Assembly: GCA_963662465.1 (NCBI GenBank)
Contig: OY759599.1
Location: forward strand, 4,576,001 to 4,640,000
Length of the DNA: 64,000 nucleotides
Direction of reading: 5' to 3'
Origin: Desulfatiglandales bacterium
Lineage (GTDB): Bacteria; Desulfobacterota; DSM-4660; Desulfatiglandales; Desulfatiglandaceae
Made by a program: the position numbers and the translations under genes. Of this stretch, positions 59,858-64,000 are shown piece after piece. The notes beneath the pieces are model-generated. The model was not told where the DNA came from, did no database searches, and saw nothing but the letters and a program-made list of their open reading frames with translations. Positions within the stretch are counted from its first letter, which is position 1, and each line of letters begins with the position of its first letter.

Positions 59858-62248
59858 CTATCCAATTAACCGTTCTATGGTTTCCAGCAGTTCCTGCTGA
59901 TCGAAACTCCCTTTGGTGATATAGACATCCGCTCCCGCTTCCATCCCCTTCAGTTTGTCTTCAGGAGATTCCAGCGATGTGACCAGAACAATGGGGAGAT
60001 GCTCAAAGCGCTTGTCCTGCCTGACTTTTTCGGTCAGCTCAAAGCCGTTCATGCGGGGCATTTCAATATCAAACACCACCGCATCAAAGGATTCCCCCTG
60101 CATCTTTTCCCATCCTTCCATGCCGTCGGCGGCCTGGGAAACCTGATACCCCGCATTTTCCAGGATATTCCTCTCCAGGGTCCGGGTGGTTATGGAATCA
60201 TCCACCACCAGCACTTTCTTCTGAACCGTTTTTTTGGCACGGACGTTCATAAACAGCGAACTTCCCCGCAACCCCTGGGCTGAATGAATAATGCTCCCCG
60301 CATTCAGTATCATGACCACCTGACCGGTCCCCAGGATCGTGGCGCCTGAAATATTCCGTACCCGCTGCAACTGAGCCCCCAGGTTTTTGACCACCACCTC
60401 CTGTGCACCCAAAAATTCATCCACCTGAAAGGCGAGCTTTTTCTCCACCGCCCCCAGAACCACCACCCCGATTTTCTTACCGCTGTTTTCGCTCTCTTCT
60501 CGAACCGGAAGTTCCAGAATCTCCGCCATGGAAATCAGGGGCAACGCCTTGTCCCCAATACGAACAGCGGGTTTTCCTTCCATACGCCTGATCTCTTCCG
60601 GTTTAAACTGCATGATTCGTTCAACGGTGGTGTTGGGAACCGCCACGGTTTGACCCGCCACCTTCAGCATCAACACGTGGCTGGTGGCCAGGGTCAACGG
60701 AAGGATCAGGGTAAAGGAGGTCCCTTTGTCCACTTCGGTTCGGGTTTTCACCTGTCCATGCAGTTTTTGAAGCTGTTCCCGCACCACATCCATGCCGACA
60801 CCCCGGCCGGAGAGATCCGTGACCGTCACATGGGTGGAAAGGCCCGATTGAAACACCAGGTCAATGGTCTCCTCAGCGCTTAGGTTTTCCGCATCCGCCG
60901 GCGTGATGAGATTGTTTTTCACCGCCGCCCGGCGCACCGCCGCTAGATTGATGCCCGCACCATCATCGCTCACCTCCAGAACAATGTGGTTTCCACTTTG
61001 GGAGGCTTTGAGCTGAATGGTTCCCTGTTTGGTTTTCCCCTTTTTCACACGCTGATCCGGTGCTTCGATGCCGTGGTCTATGGCATTTCGAAGCAGGTGG
61101 GTCAGGGGGTCCTTCAACCCTTCAAGAACCTGCCGGTCAATTTCAGTCTCGGCGCCCCGCAGGACCAGTCGGACTTCTTTCCCCTTTTCCCGACCGATAT
61201 CGCGGATCATTCGCGGGAACAGATCAAACAGGGTGGCAATGGGCACCATGCGAACGCGCTGCACACCGTTCTGCATATCATCTGTCAGAAGGGCCAGGTG
61301 ACGGTAGTCACTCTCCAGTGACTCGGAGAGGCGGTTGATGGTTCGACCCACCTGGTGCAGGTGATTTTCATTGATGGAAAAGAAGTCGAGAAGCGCCGCC
61401 AATTCCGAATCTTTTAGAGTGCGACGTTCCAAAGCCCGTTTCCGGGCCCGGGATTTCCGCCATAATTTCTCCCAGCCGCCCATGACCCTTTGAACGGACT
61501 TTAATTCCCCGAGGCGCTGTTCCATCCGCATTCGGCTCACGAGCAATTCGCCCATTCCCGCCATGAGGGCATCCAGCTTTTCTGTTTTGACACGAATGGT
61601 ATCTCCGCCCATATCCCGTGAAAACCCCTTTTGCCGTCTGACATCTTCATCCCGGGATGAGTTTCCGGTGTTTTCCACGGGTTCACATGCCGTTGACAGG
61701 GCTTCCCGCCGCACAACCTCACCCGCGGGAATTTTGGTCGTCGGCTCTTTTTCACTTCCCCCTGGTCGCAATTCAGCCCCTTCCGGTTTTTTATCCGATG
61801 GGACTGGGGTTGACGTCTTGACCTTATCTTTTTTGTCGGTCAATTCTCCCCGCAGTGCTTCATCCAGTGCGCTCATGACCGATTTTCGGTCCTCAAAAGA
61901 AAGCACCTCTCCCTGGAGATGCAGGCGCATGGATTCCGTCAGGAGATCGGTGGCGCGAAGCAGTCGATCCACCAGTTGAGATGAAGACTGCAATTCCCCT
62001 TTTTTAAGGGCCCCCAGAACATCCTCCATCTTGTGGGCCACCGTACCGATGTCCTTCAAATCGACGGCACGGGCGGACCCCTTAATGCTGTGGGCCGACC
62101 GAAACAGGGATTTCAGCAGGTCATCTTTTTCGCCTCCCGGCAGGTCCTTTTCCAGTTCCAGAAGGCCCTTGTTCAATGCGGCTGCATGTTCTTCCAGTTC
62201 CACCCTGAAGGTGGCCACCAATTGACGCTGAAGTTCTTGGCGATCCAT
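59858..62248 (-). CDS. cheA: Hybrid CheA (Hpt-HATPase-CheW-REC), WspE-like
   Basis: AHSIKGS, HLLRNAIDHG, SGRGVGMD, CheW domain, C-terminal REC. Confidence 0.95.
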   Translation of the reverse strand: MDRQELQRQLVATFRVELEEHAAALNKGLLELEKDLPGGEKDDLLKSLFRSAHSIKGSARAVDLKDIGTVAHKMEDVLGALKKGELQSSSQLVDRLLRATDLLTESMRLHLQGEVLSFEDRKSVMSALDEALRGELTDKKDKVKTSTPVPSDKKPEGAELRPGGSEKEPTTKIPAGEVVRREALSTACEPVENTGNSSRDEDVRRQKGFSRDMGGDTIRVKTEKLDALMAGMGELLVSRMRMEQRLGELKSVQRVMGGWEKLWRKSRARKRALERRTLKDSELAALLDFFSINENHLHQVGRTINRLSESLESDYRHLALLTDDMQNGVQRVRMVPIATLFDLFPRMIRDIGREKGKEVRLVLRGAETEIDRQVLEGLKDPLTHLLRNAIDHGIEAPDQRVKKGKTKQGTIQLKASQSGNHIVLEVSDDGAGINLAAVRRAAVKNNLITPADAENLSAEETIDLVFQSGLSTHVTVTDLSGRGVGMDVVREQLQKLHGQVKTRTEVDKGTSFTLILPLTLATSHVLMLKVAGQTVAVPNTTVERIMQFKPEEIRRMEGKPAVRIGDKALPLISMAEILELPVREESENSGKKIGVVVLGAVEKKLAFQVDEFLGAQEVVVKNLGAQLQRVRNISGATILGTGQVVMILNAGSIIHSAQGLRGSSLFMNVRAKKTVQKKVLVVDDSITTRTLERNILENAGYQVSQAADGMEGWEKMQGESFDAVVFDIEMPRMNGFELTEKVRQDKRFEHLPIVLVTSLESPEDKLKGMEAGADVYITKGSFDQQELLETIERLIG

Positions 62249-62273
62249 TTTTTTCTCCGGTTAAATTGGCGCC

Positions 62274-64000
62274 TTAATTCAGGCGATACCGCTTCACAAT
62301 CCCCTTCAACTGCTCAGCCAGGACATTAAGATTTCGTACCGATTCCTCCACCTGCCGCGTACCTTCCTCAGTCTGGCCGGTGGCCTGATTAATGTTTTCC
62401 ATGGCGTTTGAAATCTGGTCCATACCGGCCAGCTGTTCCTGGGTACTTACGGCGATCTGTGAAATGGTCTGGGTCACCTTTTTGATATTCTCGTTGATGG
62501 CGGAAATGGCGGCCCCCGCCTTTTCCGCCTGTTTAACCCCCGCATCCGCCCGCTTGCTCCCTTCTTCCGTCACCATCACCGCCGCATTGGTGGATTTCTG
62601 AATCTCGCCCAGAATCTCCCGGACCTTGGACGTGGCCTGTCGTGACTGGTCCGCCAGGCTGCTCACTTCTCCGGCCACCACCGCAAAGCCCTTGCCCGCC
62701 TCGCCGGCCCGAGCCGCCTCGATGGTGGCGTTCAGGGCCAAGAGGTTGGACTGGTCCGCAATATCATTGACCGTTTCGATGATGTCTCCGATCTGTTGGG
62801 TCTGTTCGCTGAGGGCCAGAATATTTTCAGCAATGCCGGCCACCTGTTCCTTGATGCGGTTGACCCCGGCCGATGTCTCTCCCACGGCTAGAAGCCCCGA
62901 TTCCGCTTCGACCATGGACTCCCTGGCCATTTCAGCCACCTGGAGGCTCCGCTCAGAACTTTGCTTCGCGGTCTGCCGTGCCTGATCCACCGTAGTGGCG
63001 GTCTGGTTGACACCGGCCGCCTGCTCGCCGGCCGTGGCGGCCTGCTCCTGGGTAGCCGCCAAAATCTCAGCGGTAGCCGATGTCATGTTCTGTACCCCCT
63101 GGGCGACCTGGCTTGCCAGCTCTCTCAGGTTCCGGGTCATCTCGTTCAGATGATTCCCCAGGGCCGCCAACTCATCCTCGTTGTCCGGCGGTGTCACAAC
63201 AGCCGTGAGGTCACCCTTTCCAACCGCCTCCACAAAGGTTACATAATTTTTGACCGTCGCTTCAAGGTACTCTTTGGTCTTGCGGTCCGCTTCGGCCCGG
63301 TGTTCCACCGCCTCATTCATTTGGTTCAAATTGGCCACCATCTGATTAAAGGCTTCGGCCAAAAGACCGGATTCATCCTTTGCGTCCACCTTGGCCCTGA
63401 CCGCCAGATCGCCGGCGCTGATTTTTTCCGCCGCTTCCTTTAGTACCCCTATGGGTCTCGCGATTCGGGCCACCACGATCCAGAGAAGCACCAGGGCCAG
63501 GGCCGTTAAAGCCACACCGATCATGATCATACGCCACATAAGCCGGGTGGCTTCCTGAGTGACCACAACAAGTGGCAGATTGATATTGACGGACCAGGGC
63601 TTTTTGGTTTGACCGATGTGAACCGGTACGAATAACTCGATACGCCCTTCGTTACTTTCAATTACAGTTTTTCCTGACTGAACATTTTGCAGATCCACCT
63701 GCCAGTTCTGGTGTGTTTTCCGCATGTGTACACCAACATCCTCATTTAACCCGTCCGAAGCAGCAATCAAACCATCGTAAGTAATCAGATTGATCGTGGC
63801 GATTCCGGGAAAGGGGTTATGCTGCTTCAGATAGTCACCAAAATCCTTCAAATCCATGTCCGCCCCTGCGATACCTAGAAAAACACCGTTTTCCACGATG
63901 GGCGCCACCAGGGATGTCATCAATACTTCCTTCCCCTGAACCGGATATAGATAGGGCTCAATGATGCATTCCCGCTGCCGTTTTTTCGGCAGTTGATAAT
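62274..64000 (-). CDS. Methyl-accepting chemotaxis protein (dCache); 5' end outside window
   Basis: MCP hairpin motif; frame stays open to the window edge (YQLPK...EPYLY). Confidence 0.93.
   Translation of the reverse strand, partial: YQLPKKRQRECIIEPYLYPVQGKEVLMTSLVAPIVENGVFLGIAGADMDLKDFGDYLKQHNPFPGIATINLITYDGLIAASDGLNEDVGVHMRKTHQNWQVDLQNVQSGKTVIESNEGRIELFVPVHIGQTKKPWSVNINLPLVVVTQEATRLMWRMIMIGVALTALALVLLWIVVARIARPIGVLKEAAEKISAGDLAVRAKVDAKDESGLLAEAFNQMVANLNQMNEAVEHRAEADRKTKEYLEATVKNYVTFVEAVGKGDLTAVVTPPDNEDELAALGNHLNEMTRNLRELASQVAQGVQNMTSATAEILAATQEQAATAGEQAAGVNQTATTVDQARQTAKQSSERSLQVAEMARESMVEAESGLLAVGETSAGVNRIKEQVAGIAENILALSEQTQQIGDIIETVNDIADQSNLLALNATIEAARAGEAGKGFAVVAGEVSSLADQSRQATSKVREILGEIQKSTNAAVMVTEEGSKRADAGVKQAEKAGAAISAINENIKKVTQTISQIAVSTQEQLAGMDQISNAMENINQATGQTEEGTRQVEESVRNLNVLAEQLKGIVKRYRLN

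Overview
This 64-kb window is dominated by signal transduction and most resembles an anaerobic Desulfobacterota (deltaproteobacterial) genome; that taxon is inferred from gene families, not proven. From left to right it holds: (1) histidine kinases and response regulators, including a heme-c sensor kinase and a putative split B12/bilin photosensor module interrupted by a MITE; (2) a toxin-antitoxin/AAA-ATPase patch (split-HipA hipBST-like module, two DUF4143-type ATPases with palindromic operators, hicB with a broken hicA); (3) a kaiC2-kaiB-kaiB-PAS kinase cluster; (4) a lower-GC island of about 17 kb with a decayed BREX system (brxE-A-B-C, inserted ABC-ATPase + nuclease pair, truncated pglX, pglZ, brxL); (5) a long minus-strand Wsp/ACF-like chemosensory operon that ends in a receiver-KaiA3-like gene, kaiB3 and kaiC3. 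The two strongest leads are an unannotated, highly structured RNA candidate of about 530 nt right after brxL (45724-46251), and a complete KaiA3B3C3-like clock wired as an output of a chemosensory pathway, close to a second KaiC2-type system. Many genes carry internal deletions or nonsense codons. All family calls come from motif recognition by eye; no searches were run.
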